A stretch of 31,675 bases of DNA from Candidatus Kaiserbacteria bacterium (GCA_016182285.1 JACOXQ010000028.1:1-31675), one strand, 5' to 3'; numbered from the stretch's first letter, positions 9,220 to 18,710 are shown. Made by a program: numbers and translations. The notes: generated by a model not told the origin, from the letters alone.

Positions 9220-10251
9220 ATGGCGCATTTGCTCGATAATACGATTATCCTTATAACGGGGGGTACCGGTGCTTGGGGGCGGGAACTTACCAGACAGATA
9301 TTGGAGCGGTTCAGCCCCAAAGAGATCCGCATTTATTCGCGCGGAGAGCATGCGCAGGTGGAGATGCGTCGCGCATTTCCGGATCCGAGGATCAAGTTCA
9401 TCATTGGCGATGTGCGCGACAAGAACATCCTGAACTTTGCTATGCGCGGAGCGGATTACGTATTCCATCTCGCGGCATTGAAGCATGTGCCCATCTGCGA
9501 AGACAACTCCTGGGAAGCGGTGCTGACGAACATTTACGGCACGCAGAACATTATCGAGGCGGCCATTCAGAACAACGTCAAAAAAGTAGTGGATATTTCC
9601 ACCGACAAAGCGGTGGAGGCGTATAACCTGTACGGTGTCACCAAGGCGTGCGGCGAGAAATTGGTCATCAATGCAAACAAAAACTATCCCTCGGCCACAA
9701 CGTTCATGTGCATACGTGGCGGCAATGTGATCGGCACCACCGGCAGTGTTATCCCCTTGTTTGCGGAGCAGATCCGGAAAAATAACAAGATTACATTGAC
9801 CGACGGAAGCATGACCCGGTTTCTGATGAGCACCCGAGAAGCCATTGGCCTTGTCTTTCAAGCCTTTGAGGCGGCGAAAGGGGGAGAGGTATTCGTTATG
9901 AAAATGCCTTCGGCCACCATGGATATGGTGGCCAGGGTCATGGTGCGACTGCTCGGCGACAGTAAAACGGCCGTTGGAAATATCGGCGTCCGGCCCGGCG
10001 AAAAAATGCACGAGATGCTTATCTCCAAGAACGAGACCGTAATGGCGAAGGATCTCGGTAACGGCTATTTCGTCATTTTGCCCCATTATGCCTCTAAAGA
10101 ACTGAAGGCCTCTTATTCCAAGTACAAAAACCTTACTATCCCGTATTTCAGTTCGCAAAATACCCGCTGTCTAAAAGAAAAAGAGCTGACGGATATTCTG
10201 CAGAAAGAAATGCCTGTGTTTCTCGGGCAAAAACTGGCGCAGGTGACCTAG
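9220..10251 (+). CDS. UDP-N-acetylglucosamine 4,6-dehydratase, PseB/FnlA(CapE)-like (Polysacc_synt_2)
   Basis: ITGGTGAWG, IYSRGE, IGDVRD, HLAALKHVP, STDKAV..NLYGVTK, RGGNVIGTTGSV, GVRPGEKMHE. PseB versus FnlA cannot be resolved by eye. Confidence 0.9.
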   Translation: MAHLLDNTIILITGGTGAWGRELTRQILERFSPKEIRIYSRGEHAQVEMRRAFPDPRIKFIIGDVRDKNILNFAMRGADYVFHLAALKHVPICEDNSWEAVLTNIYGTQNIIEAAIQNNVKKVVDISTDKAVEAYNLYGVTKACGEKLVINANKNYPSATTFMCIRGGNVIGTTGSVIPLFAEQIRKNNKITLTDGSMTRFLMSTREAIGLVFQAFEAAKGGEVFVMKMPSATMDMVARVMVRLLGDSKTAVGNIGVRPGEKMHEMLISKNETVMAKDLGNGYFVILPHYASKELKASYSKYKNLTIPYFSSQNTRCLKEKELTDILQKEMPVFLGQKLAQVT

Positions 10252-10254
10252 TGT

Positions 10255-11178
10255 ATGAAAAAAATCCTCGTCACGGGAGCCGGCGGCTTCATTGGCGGGC
10301 ACCTTGTTGATGAGCTCCGAATACATCCCGAATATCTGGGACCAGACACCGAAGTTTTTTTACAGGTGCAAAGAGAAAAGTCGGCCGAAGATCTCCGCAG
10401 GGATGGCTGGTCGGTGGTCGCTGGTGATTTGACTAGTCCTGAATTATGTACACAATTGCCAGACGATCTCGGATGCGTGCTGCATATTGCGGGTTTAGCC
10501 GGCGGATCCGCGGGCGACCTTGAAAAAGCCAATGTGCAGGCGACCGAAAACCTGCTTCGGAGCATGGAAATTCGGCATGTACCAGAGCTCGTGTTCATGT
10601 CCACGGTGGCGGTGTATAAAGAATCGGAATCGCCTATCTCGGAGGAAGGTGAAATTTCTCCTTCCACGGCATACGGACATTCAAAATATGCGGCGGAACT
10701 GCTTATTCAAGAAAAAGTTAATACAAAAGCGCTTCGTTCCGCGGTCATATTACGCTCGAACAATATATACGGTCCATCTAGCGATCATGGCATGATGGCC
10801 GCCTTTATGAAAGCGGTACGCAAGGGCGAGCCAATTTTGTTGGATGGCGACGGTAGCCAGGTGCGCGAACCGGTATATGTGGATGATGTTGTCAGAGCCA
10901 TTAAAGCAAGTGCGCGGAAAGACGGAACCGGATGCGCGATATACAATATTAGCGGTAGCGAAGCTGTGACCCTTGCCGATCTTGCAAAAAGAATTCATGC
11001 CATTGCGGGCAAAGAAATCCTGGTCATGCCTTCAGGCAAACCCCCAGTTCCGCCTCTGTCACTTCGTTTGGATATTTCAAAAGCGCGACAAGAGCTCGGC
11101 TGGCAACCGCGAGTCCGGTTGGAAGATGGCCTCAAAAAGACTTGGGAAAGCATAATGTATGAATCTACTGAACTTTAA
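10255..11178 (+). CDS. NAD-dependent epimerase/dehydratase/reductase (extended SDR)
   Basis: ILVTGAGGFIG, HIAG, MSTVAVY, YGHSK (YxxxK), NIYGP, YVDDVV. Confidence 0.9.
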   Translation: MKKILVTGAGGFIGGHLVDELRIHPEYLGPDTEVFLQVQREKSAEDLRRDGWSVVAGDLTSPELCTQLPDDLGCVLHIAGLAGGSAGDLEKANVQATENLLRSMEIRHVPELVFMSTVAVYKESESPISEEGEISPSTAYGHSKYAAELLIQEKVNTKALRSAVILRSNNIYGPSSDHGMMAAFMKAVRKGEPILLDGDGSQVREPVYVDDVVRAIKASARKDGTGCAIYNISGSEAVTLADLAKRIHAIAGKEILVMPSGKPPVPPLSLRLDISKARQELGWQPRVRLEDGLKKTWESIMYESTEL

Positions 11179-12031
11179 CCGCAATATCACCTCCGAGCAC
11201 GGTGAGGATGGTATTCTTGAGAAGATATTTCAGGTCATCGGCGAAGGAGCGCGCTGGTGCGCAGAGCTCGGTGCGCTGAACGGCAAGCACGGAAGCAATG
11301 TCTGGCACCTTATCAAAGAGCGCGGGTGGGCCGGCGTTTTGGTAGAAGCCGACAAAACGTATTTTGAAAAACTGCAAAAAGAATTCGCCGAAACGCCGAG
11401 CGCGGAGTGTATCAACGCCTTTGTCTCATTTGAAGGCCCGCAGTCACTGGATAATATTTTCGCGCAAACAAATCTGCCGAAAGAGTTTGACCTCTTCTCG
11501 CTTGATATTGACGGGAACGAATATCATCTCTGGGAATCTCTCTCCGACTACCGTCCGCGCGTCATGCTTGTTGAGTTCAACCCTTCTATTCCAAACGACA
11601 TCGTCTTCGTCCAGCCACGCGACATGAAAGTTTTTCAAGGGTCTTCGCTCCGCGCTTTCGTAGAGCTCGGGAAACGAAAGGGCTACGAGCTCGTCGCCGC
11701 GAACGAGACAAACGCCTTTTTTGTACTAAAAGAATTGTTCCCGAAATTCGGCATTGCCGACAACTCAATCGATATGCTGCATACCGACCATCGATACGAA
11801 ACAAAACTCTTCCAGCTCTACGACGGGACGCTCCGCATAGCTGGGAATACGCGGCTGATATGGCACAACATGCCTATTGATGTTCGGAAGCTTCAAACCT
11901 TGCCGCGCCGCCGGCGATATTATCCGGCGAAGATAGACGCCGGAAGCGGAATGCGCGAATTTAAATACTGGGCGCGCAAACTGCCTTTCTACACGGCGGT
12001 GCAACGCGTGCGCCGGTGGCTCAGGCGATAA
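11159..12031 (+). CDS. FkbM-like (Methyltransf_21) SAM-binding protein
   Basis: SEHGEDGIL, ELGALNGKHGSN, GVLVEAD, DLFSLDIDGNEY and VEFN are typical of FkbM-related proteins in glycan clusters. Confidence 0.78.
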   Translation: MNLLNFNRNITSEHGEDGILEKIFQVIGEGARWCAELGALNGKHGSNVWHLIKERGWAGVLVEADKTYFEKLQKEFAETPSAECINAFVSFEGPQSLDNIFAQTNLPKEFDLFSLDIDGNEYHLWESLSDYRPRVMLVEFNPSIPNDIVFVQPRDMKVFQGSSLRAFVELGKRKGYELVAANETNAFFVLKELFPKFGIADNSIDMLHTDHRYETKLFQLYDGTLRIAGNTRLIWHNMPIDVRKLQTLPRRRRYYPAKIDAGSGMREFKYWARKLPFYTAVQRVRRWLRR

Positions 12032-12034
12032 AGC

Positions 12035-12916
12035 ATGGACCCGCAAAACATTCAAAACATACGCACGCGGTACGGCGCATTCTTTATAGATGTAGTGCGC
12101 GATAAGAAAATGGCGTACGCGCTTAAGAGCGCGGCGTACCCGAGCGAAGGCCTGCTTCGTTTGGCGCGCCTATTCGTGAACGAAAAGAGCGTTGTCGTGG
12201 ATATCGGCGCGCACATAGGCACCTTTGCCGTCCCGATCGCCGCTCATGCAGGCAGAGTCATCGCCTTTGAGCCGTCGCCGGCTTCCTTTGAACTCCTATC
12301 CCGGAACGTTGGAGCGGCAAACGGGAATTTCGAGCTCAAACAAGAAGCCCTGGGGAAAGAGAGTGGCAGCGGCACGATCCTCGTGCGTAACGCGTCAAAC
12401 GCCGGAGCGAACACGCTTTCGCCTGGCGACGACATTCCGGTTGCGACGCTTGACAGCGAGGTTGCGCATGCCGACTTCATAAAAATAGATGTGGAGGGCA
12501 TGGAGCTGGATGTGCTTCGCGGCGGCGCAGGGCTAATTGAGCGTGCGCGGCCGGCCGTTCTCTTTGAAGTGAATCTCTTCCAGTTGCGCGCGCACGGCAC
12601 GTCTCCTCGCGCACTGGAGCGCTTTTTCAAAACGCGGAAATATTCCCTCTATTTCCCGCTTGCGGGAAAACTCGCATGCGTTGCGAACACAACGCTGGTG
12701 TCAGCGCTCTTCGCGCCGCGCGCGTGGCTCTTCGGGAGCGACAGCGCGCCGTTCGATCTTCTCGCGGTACCGCGCGAGCGCCCGCTCCCGGTTCCGTGCG
12801 GCGGTTTTTTCCGGCTTATCAGGTATCTTATATCGGAGAACCTCACAGCAAAACTCACGCGCCTATCGCGCATCTTTTCACATGCGTCACGGCGTTATAC
12901 TGGACATACCGCATGA
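12035..12916 (+). CDS. FkbM family methyltransferase
   Basis: VVDIGAHIGTF, VIAFEPSP, FIKIDVEGMELDVLRG, PAVLFEV. Confidence 0.92.
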   Translation: MDPQNIQNIRTRYGAFFIDVVRDKKMAYALKSAAYPSEGLLRLARLFVNEKSVVVDIGAHIGTFAVPIAAHAGRVIAFEPSPASFELLSRNVGAANGNFELKQEALGKESGSGTILVRNASNAGANTLSPGDDIPVATLDSEVAHADFIKIDVEGMELDVLRGGAGLIERARPAVLFEVNLFQLRAHGTSPRALERFFKTRKYSLYFPLAGKLACVANTTLVSALFAPRAWLFGSDSAPFDLLAVPRERPLPVPCGGFFRLIRYLISENLTAKLTRLSRIFSHASRRYTGHTA

Positions 12917-14055
12917 AGCTAATCTATCTCTCGCACTGGCGCTTTCCATCTGAAAAGACGCTAACGCCGTTTGTACTGCAAACTTGTGCCCATTTCGCGC
13001 GGCTCGGTTGGGAAGTGGAGCTGTGGGTCCCGCGCCGGCATAATAATTACAAGCCGGAGGAGGACGTGTTTGAGCTCTACCACATCTCTCCGCGGTTTGT
13101 CATACGCAGGCTCGCCTGCATTGATACAATGAGCTCTCTTGGCACATTCGGATTTTTACTCATGGTGCTTACGTTCAATATATCTGCGTATTTAAAATTA
13201 CGTCACGAGCGGATGGTCGTTATATATGCGCCGGATATTCGCGACGTTATCTTGCCGCTGCTTCGAGGCATGCCGGTCTTTGTGGAGATACACGACTTTT
13301 ATATAAGCTCGTTGGATTTTATCAATCGCTTCGTATTCAAGCGCGTTACAGGGCTTATTGTGACAAACTCGCATAAACTACGACACATTGCTCTCCATTA
13401 TCTTGTATCCGGCGAGCGGATGCTGCGTCAACCCAATGCGGTAGATGTGAAAGCCTTTGACATTTCTGCTACACAAGCGGAGGCGCGTAAAAGGCTTGGG
13501 CTGCCGTCAACCGGGAAGATCGCACTCTATACCGGGCATCTCTTCGCGTGGAAAGGCGTGCATACTCTTGCCGACGCGGCGGCATTTCTGCCGGCTGAAG
13601 TTTCGGTACTTTTCGTAGGCGGAACGCCAGAGGATCGCGCAGCGCTCGAGCGGTACGTTCATGACCGATCGCTACCGCGCATCGCCTTCGTGCCGCATCA
13701 GCCGTCTGACAAAATACCGCTCTATCAGAAAGCGGCGGACGTGCTCGTTCTGCCGAATACGGCGAAGGAAGAGGCTTCGCGCGTGGAAACTTCCCCGGTT
13801 AAACTCTTTGAATATCTCGCTTCCGGTAAGCCTATTGTTGCTTCTGACATCCCTTCAATCCGGGATATCGTCTCGGAGCGGGAGGTGTTCTTTGCTCAGC
13901 CGGACGATGGGGAAAGCTTCGCACGCGTCATTGTAGAAGCACTGTCTGGCGACACTGACCGCTCGAGCGCTGCGCGCTCTCTCGCTGAAAACAGCAGCTG
14001 GGAAAAGCGCGCGAAAAATATTGATGCCCTAATGCGCCGTCTCCTCCATGTTTAA
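12913..14055 (+). CDS. GT4 family glycosyltransferase
   Basis: Start ATG 12913 (ATGA overlap; MKLIYLSHWRFPSEK). YTGHL..WKGV, ADVLVLPN, TSPVKLFEYLASGKPIVASD. Confidence 0.9.
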   Translation: MKLIYLSHWRFPSEKTLTPFVLQTCAHFARLGWEVELWVPRRHNNYKPEEDVFELYHISPRFVIRRLACIDTMSSLGTFGFLLMVLTFNISAYLKLRHERMVVIYAPDIRDVILPLLRGMPVFVEIHDFYISSLDFINRFVFKRVTGLIVTNSHKLRHIALHYLVSGERMLRQPNAVDVKAFDISATQAEARKRLGLPSTGKIALYTGHLFAWKGVHTLADAAAFLPAEVSVLFVGGTPEDRAALERYVHDRSLPRIAFVPHQPSDKIPLYQKAADVLVLPNTAKEEASRVETSPVKLFEYLASGKPIVASDIPSIRDIVSEREVFFAQPDDGESFARVIVEALSGDTDRSSAARSLAENSSWEKRAKNIDALMRRLLHV

Positions 14056-15067
14056 AGCACTTACCTTCCGACCCGCTTCCATCGGCGATGCGCTGATGGG
14101 CAAATATTTTTTAGAGAACATCCGTGCGGAGCATCCCGATGCGCGGCTCGGCATCGTCGTCGGCAGCCGAGCCGGAATGCTGAAAGACTTGTTCGCGGGT
14201 GAACCTTGGCTGGAGGTGGTTGAGGCGAATCGCCGAAACCTACCGGCACTCATGAAGATGTGGCGAGGGTGGCGAGGAAGCGAAATTGTACTCACCAATT
14301 ACACGGCAGGCACGCTGAATCTGTCCGCCAAGCTCATGGGTCGTTTACTCGCCAAACGAGGAGCGCTCGCAGGATTTGATGACTCCTCTTCTGTGAATCA
14401 CTTTCTGTACGACCACTTGCTCCCGCGCCCGATACGCGACCGCGCGGTGCGTCTGCATGAATGCGATGCTTTGCAGGCTCTCGGGGTGCCAGTAGCGCAC
14501 GAGCGTCTGACGCTTCAGTACGTGCCGATGGTCGGCGTCGCGGAGAAGTTCAGCATCAGCGGGGACTATGTCATCGTGCATCTGTTTTCGGGAAGCAAGA
14601 CACGCGGACTGGAGACGGAGCAAATGCGAACCTTGCTTATTAAGCTGCATAAGCTCATGCCCGACATCACGTTGGTCCTTTCTGGCGGCGCTGGTGATGC
14701 TTCCGAAGCGGCCGAGGCGTCGGAGGGACTGCCAGCAGTTGTCATCGCGGGCCGTGCGTCACTCCAGGAACTTATGAATCTTATCGTTGGCTCAAGGGTA
14801 GTCGTCTCGCTTGATACGGGCGTCGGCCACTTGGCGGCACATCTTGGCCGTCCGCCGGTCATTATGTCCACCTGTCTCGGGCGAATAAGCTGGTGGGGTC
14901 CCGACCAGTATGGATTCAACAAGTTCACCACAGGCGGCCCCGGCATCCCGGCGGCGTTATTTACGCGTGCGGACCGCTGTGTCGGAGGCCACGTGTTCAA
15001 GTCGTACCCTGACTGCCTTGTCTCTATCGATATGCACGCTGTCGCAGAAAAGACCGCCACTGTCTAA
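14048..15067 (+). CDS. GT9 family glycosyltransferase (ADP-heptose:heptosyltransferase-like)
   Basis: RPASIGDALM, VHLFSG, AGRASLQEL, VVSLDTGVGHLAAHLG are GT9 (WaaC/WaaF/WaaQ-type) hallmarks. Confidence 0.85.
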   Translation: MFKALTFRPASIGDALMGKYFLENIRAEHPDARLGIVVGSRAGMLKDLFAGEPWLEVVEANRRNLPALMKMWRGWRGSEIVLTNYTAGTLNLSAKLMGRLLAKRGALAGFDDSSSVNHFLYDHLLPRPIRDRAVRLHECDALQALGVPVAHERLTLQYVPMVGVAEKFSISGDYVIVHLFSGSKTRGLETEQMRTLLIKLHKLMPDITLVLSGGAGDASEAAEASEGLPAVVIAGRASLQELMNLIVGSRVVVSLDTGVGHLAAHLGRPPVIMSTCLGRISWWGPDQYGFNKFTTGGPGIPAALFTRADRCVGGHVFKSYPDCLVSIDMHAVAEKTATV

Positions 15068-16209
15068 TGGTCGTTCGTATAACGGTGGGCGATTTTCTCT
15101 AGGACGTCGAAATGTTTCTTATACCAAGCCACCGTTCGCTCTAGCCCTTCATCGAACGAGACGTGTGGCTTGAAGCCAAGCGTCTTGAGCTTTGAGGAAT
15201 CGGCAAATTGATCTGGAATCTCTATAAAATTGGACGGTTTTTCAATGGTAATGGGTTCTATATTCCTTATATCCTTCCGCAACATTGAAATAATATCGAC
15301 GACGCTCTTTATCTTCTCACAGCGCTTCGAGTCCTCTGATGTCTCGTTCTCGCTATAGGAACCGATGTTGAACGCCGGCCAGCCGTACACCGAAACGCCG
15401 CTCTTCGGTATATTCTCTTTCTTGTTGCCGTAATACTCCTGTAACTGTTCAGCTATGAACATATTGGCTCGTACCGCGTCTTCCACATAGATGTACTCTC
15501 GCAAGACTTTTTCATTCCCAATGTTGATAACAGGTGGTTTGCCAGAAAGAAGCCTCATTATAGTCCTCGGTATTAGCCGGGTAAAGTTCAAGTCTCCGGG
15601 GCCAAACATGTTGCAACATCGGGTTATACCCACAGGCAATTTGAATTGTAAAGCATAAGCCTGGGCGATCATATCAGTGCATACCTTGGACGTGCTATAC
15701 ATGTCCAGGCCTCGCAGAGCGTAATTTTCATGGTACGGCAGTTTCTCCGTCTCACCGAACGCATGGTCTCCGTACGATTTGTCGGAAGAAGCGACGATTA
15801 CCCTCGGTATCTTATTCACCCGGGCTGCCTCCAGAATATTCATGGTAGGGATTACGTTATTCTCGATGGTCGACAGTGGAGAATTTGCGGCGTCGCTCAC
15901 GATAGCAGACGCAGCCAGATGAAATACCGTATCGAATTGGTGCCTATCACAAAGACGCTTGACGTCCTGATACCCGAGCAGATTTATGTGCTCAATATCA
16001 GCTTGTGCGGGGTCATCCCCATTCTCTTTCAGAAGAAAAGAAGTATGTAAGGGGCGATTATGCCTTACCGTGGTGACTACCACAGCTTCCTCTGCCAAAA
16101 GAGCCTGAATGAGGTGTGAAGCTAGAAAGCCGTCACCTCCAGTGACCAATACTCTTTTACCGAACCAAAAATTAGCGTTTCTCTTGGTCTTCTGCCTGGC
16201 CATAATCAT
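15064..16209 (-). CDS. NDP-hexose 4,6-dehydratase / epimerase (extended SDR; RfbG/Gmd-like)
   Basis: FWFGKRVLVTGGDGFLASHL, VFHLAASAIV, ASSDKSYG, YSTSK (YxxxK), NMFGPGD, YIYVEDAV. Start at ATG 16209 or 16203; the TTG-type extension to 16254 is unlikely. Convergent stops overlap with GT9 at 15064-15067. Confidence 0.88.
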   Translation of the reverse strand: MIMARQKTKRNANFWFGKRVLVTGGDGFLASHLIQALLAEEAVVVTTVRHNRPLHTSFLLKENGDDPAQADIEHINLLGYQDVKRLCDRHQFDTVFHLAASAIVSDAANSPLSTIENNVIPTMNILEAARVNKIPRVIVASSDKSYGDHAFGETEKLPYHENYALRGLDMYSTSKVCTDMIAQAYALQFKLPVGITRCCNMFGPGDLNFTRLIPRTIMRLLSGKPPVINIGNEKVLREYIYVEDAVRANMFIAEQLQEYYGNKKENIPKSGVSVYGWPAFNIGSYSENETSEDSKRCEKIKSVVDIISMLRKDIRNIEPITIEKPSNFIEIPDQFADSSKLKTLGFKPHVSFDEGLERTVAWYKKHFDVLEKIAHRYTNDH

Positions 16210-16216
16210 TTTTGAG

Positions 16217-16222
16217 AGTATA
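16217..16222 (-). promoter_or_regulatory. -10 element TATACT for the minus-strand SDR gene
   Basis: Plus-strand AGTATA at 16217-16222, 7 nt from ATG 16209; no convincing -35. Confidence 0.35.
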
Positions 16223-16317
16223 CACCAACTTTGCCGATAGACGAAGATATGCAATAATCGCGCTGGATGGTCTTTGACTTGTATTCAACTTCAAACTACT
16301 AAATATCGGAGGGTCCC

Positions 16318-18150
16318 ATGGACCGTAAGGTAAAAGTGCTCCTCGTAGCACGGTATTACATTATCGAGCCCCTGGGACTTCTTCATCTCGTCGGGCTCGC
16401 CACATCACTCGGCTGTGAGGTGGATGTGGAACTCGTTCCCAACAACGACTTCACCGGCCTGTACCGGCGTGTGGAGGAGTGGAAGCCGGAATATGTGGGC
16501 TTCCAGATTTGGACGGGGTGGCATCTGCAGACCTTCGCCGCGTGCGACCGTGTGCGCTCTATGGGCCCGCAGGTCATCATCGGCGGTCCGCATGTCACCT
16601 ACTTCACGGAGGAGTGCGCCAAGCATGCCGACTATGTGGTCCGGGGCGACGGATTCAGAAACTTCCGTCGCATTCTGCAGGGCGAAATCGGGTGTGGGGT
16701 GCACTTCGACACCGAGCAATTGGCGGAGAAGTTCCCCTTGCCGAATCGGAGTATCGTGTATGACAAGTACCCGGTGCTCCGTGATAGCCCCATCCGGAGC
16801 ATGATCACATCAGTCGGGTGTCCGTTCACCTGTAGCTATTGCTATGCGCCGGAGTGGAACAAGATGTACGGCGGCTTTCATCACACACAGCGGTCGGTGG
16901 ACGACATCGTCCGCGAGGGTGTTGAAATCCGCGACCGATGGGGCGCGAAGATGATTTATCTTCAAGATGATATCTTCGGCTTCGACTACAAAGTGTGGTT
17001 GCCGGAGTTCGCTCGGCGGTGGAAAGAAGAAGTCGGTATCCCGTTTCATTGCCAGATAAGGCTGGAACTCACCCGCTATCGCGCGGGAGATGAACGGCTT
17101 GATTTGTTTGTGGAGGCGGGATGTACCGGCATTACTCTTGCCATTGAATCCGGCGATGCGTTCCTACGAGAGCATGTGCTACACCGCGAAATGACGGATG
17201 AGCTCATTCTGGATGGGTGCGATAAGATCCGTTCACGGGGGATGACCCTGCGTACGGAACAAATTTTGGCGGTGCCGTTCAGCAGTCTAGAGACCGACCT
17301 TTCCACTCTCGACCTCAACAATCGCATAGGACCGGAGATGGCATGGACATCCATCCTTGCCCCATACGGGGGTACAGAAATGGGGGACGTCGCTAAAGCG
17401 TTCGGATACTACAAAGGCGACAATGATGATCTTGAGGAGGAGTTCTTTAGGCGGAGCGTTATGCGGCATTCAAAAACGGCAAAGAATGCCATCGAGCCGG
17501 TAGTGCGCGAAATGGTTGAGTCCAATAAGGCAATGGAACGGGCGAATCGTCATTCGAAAAGTCCGCTCCGACGCCTTGAGGCGCGTGAGGTCGCACCGCT
17601 CGTTATGGAAGTGTCTATCCGCGACGAGCGGGACGAATTCTCCCGCAAGCATCTGAGGGGGCCGAAGCCGCTCTGCACGATTGAGTTCATGGATGATGAA
17701 GAAAATGATCGGTACGCCGATCAGATAGTCATTCTCCAGCGGCTCTTTATGTGGTTCTCGCTGGTCCCTGTGGCTATGGACTTGGCACAAAAATACGTGA
17801 TGCTCCCGCGAGAGGAATGGACGTGGAAGAAGCTCGGACAGGTGGCCTCAGAGCACTTTGAGGCGATCGGTAAGGGGAGTGATGCGGCACGATGGGTTCA
17901 AGAACTCATTCGCGCGTTCGGATGCTGTTCATTAGACGAGCTTCCGGATGTCGTGAGGGATAATCCTTACTACTTCGTATTTTTTCCTTCAAGCGCCGAG
18001 TTCGCCAAGCACGTGGTTGAATCTGGCGTCGTGCAAGAGAGCGCAGAGCCCGGTTTTCAGTTCGACAAGATTGGTCATGTGGCACGACACTGGCTGTTTG
18101 CCCGCTCGCTTTACAAAGTAGAGGAAAGCACGAAGCCAATCGCATCGTAA
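16318..18150 (+). CDS. Cobalamin-binding domain radical SAM enzyme with long C-terminal extension
   Basis: N-terminal B12-binding Rossmannoid domain (EPLGLLHL...VGFQIW...VIIGGPHVT); CxxxCxxC motif CPFTCSYC at 16819-16842; LQDDIF; LAIESGD. SD GGAGG at 16308-16312. Confidence 0.9.
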   Translation: MDRKVKVLLVARYYIIEPLGLLHLVGLATSLGCEVDVELVPNNDFTGLYRRVEEWKPEYVGFQIWTGWHLQTFAACDRVRSMGPQVIIGGPHVTYFTEECAKHADYVVRGDGFRNFRRILQGEIGCGVHFDTEQLAEKFPLPNRSIVYDKYPVLRDSPIRSMITSVGCPFTCSYCYAPEWNKMYGGFHHTQRSVDDIVREGVEIRDRWGAKMIYLQDDIFGFDYKVWLPEFARRWKEEVGIPFHCQIRLELTRYRAGDERLDLFVEAGCTGITLAIESGDAFLREHVLHREMTDELILDGCDKIRSRGMTLRTEQILAVPFSSLETDLSTLDLNNRIGPEMAWTSILAPYGGTEMGDVAKAFGYYKGDNDDLEEEFFRRSVMRHSKTAKNAIEPVVREMVESNKAMERANRHSKSPLRRLEAREVAPLVMEVSIRDERDEFSRKHLRGPKPLCTIEFMDDEENDRYADQIVILQRLFMWFSLVPVAMDLAQKYVMLPREEWTWKKLGQVASEHFEAIGKGSDAARWVQELIRAFGCCSLDELPDVVRDNPYYFVFFPSSAEFAKHVVESGVVQESAEPGFQFDKIGHVARHWLFARSLYKVEESTKPIAS

Positions 18151-18164
18151 TTGTTGGCACATTT

Positions 18165-18208
18165 AAAAATCCCGTCCCCGCTTCTCGCGCGGACGGGATT
18201 CCTTTTTT
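18165..18208. terminator. Bidirectional intrinsic terminator between the convergent radical SAM and hldC-like genes
   Basis: Perfect 10-bp stem AATCCCGTCC (18168-18177) / GGACGGGATT (18191-18200); T-run at 18203-18208 on + and A-run at 18165-18169 giving a U-tail on -. Confidence 0.8.
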
Positions 18209-18698
18209 ACTTTTTATACCGCTTGACGATGGTCTCGATGATGGTGGTGGTCGAGCGACCCTTCGTTTGCGGGGCAAGGTACACGCGGCCGCCGCCCTCC
18301 TCGACCGCCTGCTTCTCGGGAGCGAATGCAGGGGAGCGTTCACTCCCTTTACCCTTTACATGGATGTTCGGCCTAATCTTCCGCAGCCATGGGATAGGGC
18401 TCTTACTCCCGAAGATGAACACATAATCAACGCATGCAAGCGCCGCGAGTACCTCTGCCCGTTCGCGTGCAGGGACGATAGGCCGCAGGTCGCCCTTATT
18501 CTCTCGTACTGAAGCGTCGGAGTTCACTCCAAGGATAAGGAGGTCCCCAAGCTTTCGGGCGGCCGCCAGATTGCGCACGTGCCCTACGTGGATGATGTCG
18601 AAACAGCCGTTCGTGGTGATAACCTTCTTTCCGGCCTTTCGAGCGGCAGAAGCAATTTTTGCCGCCCTAGTAACTGAAATGATCTTTTGTTTTAACAT
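18207..18698 (-). CDS. hldC: HxGH nucleotidyltransferase, RfaE domain II / HldC-like (heptose-1-phosphate adenylyltransferase)
   Basis: TNGCFDIIHVGHVRNL, LILGVNSDASV, RPIVPARERAEVLAAL..VDYV, HVKG, STTTII. Strong SD TAAGGAG at 18710-18704. Confidence 0.85.
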   Translation of the reverse strand: MLKQKIISVTRAAKIASAARKAGKKVITTNGCFDIIHVGHVRNLAAARKLGDLLILGVNSDASVRENKGDLRPIVPARERAEVLAALACVDYVFIFGSKSPIPWLRKIRPNIHVKGKGSERSPAFAPEKQAVEEGGGRVYLAPQTKGRSTTTIIETIVKRYKK

Positions 18699-18710
18699 GT
18701 CGTCTCCTTA

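Noticed and set aside
9199-10158. 319-aa minus-strand ORF
   Set aside because: Lies antisense to the well-supported 4,6-dehydratase, has no motifs, and is an expected shadow ORF.
12676-12912. N-terminal extension of the GT4 ORF given by the ORF track
   Set aside because: Overlaps the FkbM gene; the ATGA-coupled ATG at 12913 gives a normal GT4 N-terminus. The same reasoning applies to the extensions at 7389, 4088, 18711, 21667 and 16254.
16210-16317. Cobalamin riboswitch or other ncRNA upstream of the radical SAM gene
   Set aside because: Only about 108 bp, shared with a divergent gene, and no B12-box or extended stem pattern; the TTGACT at 16274 lacks a well-spaced canonical -10.
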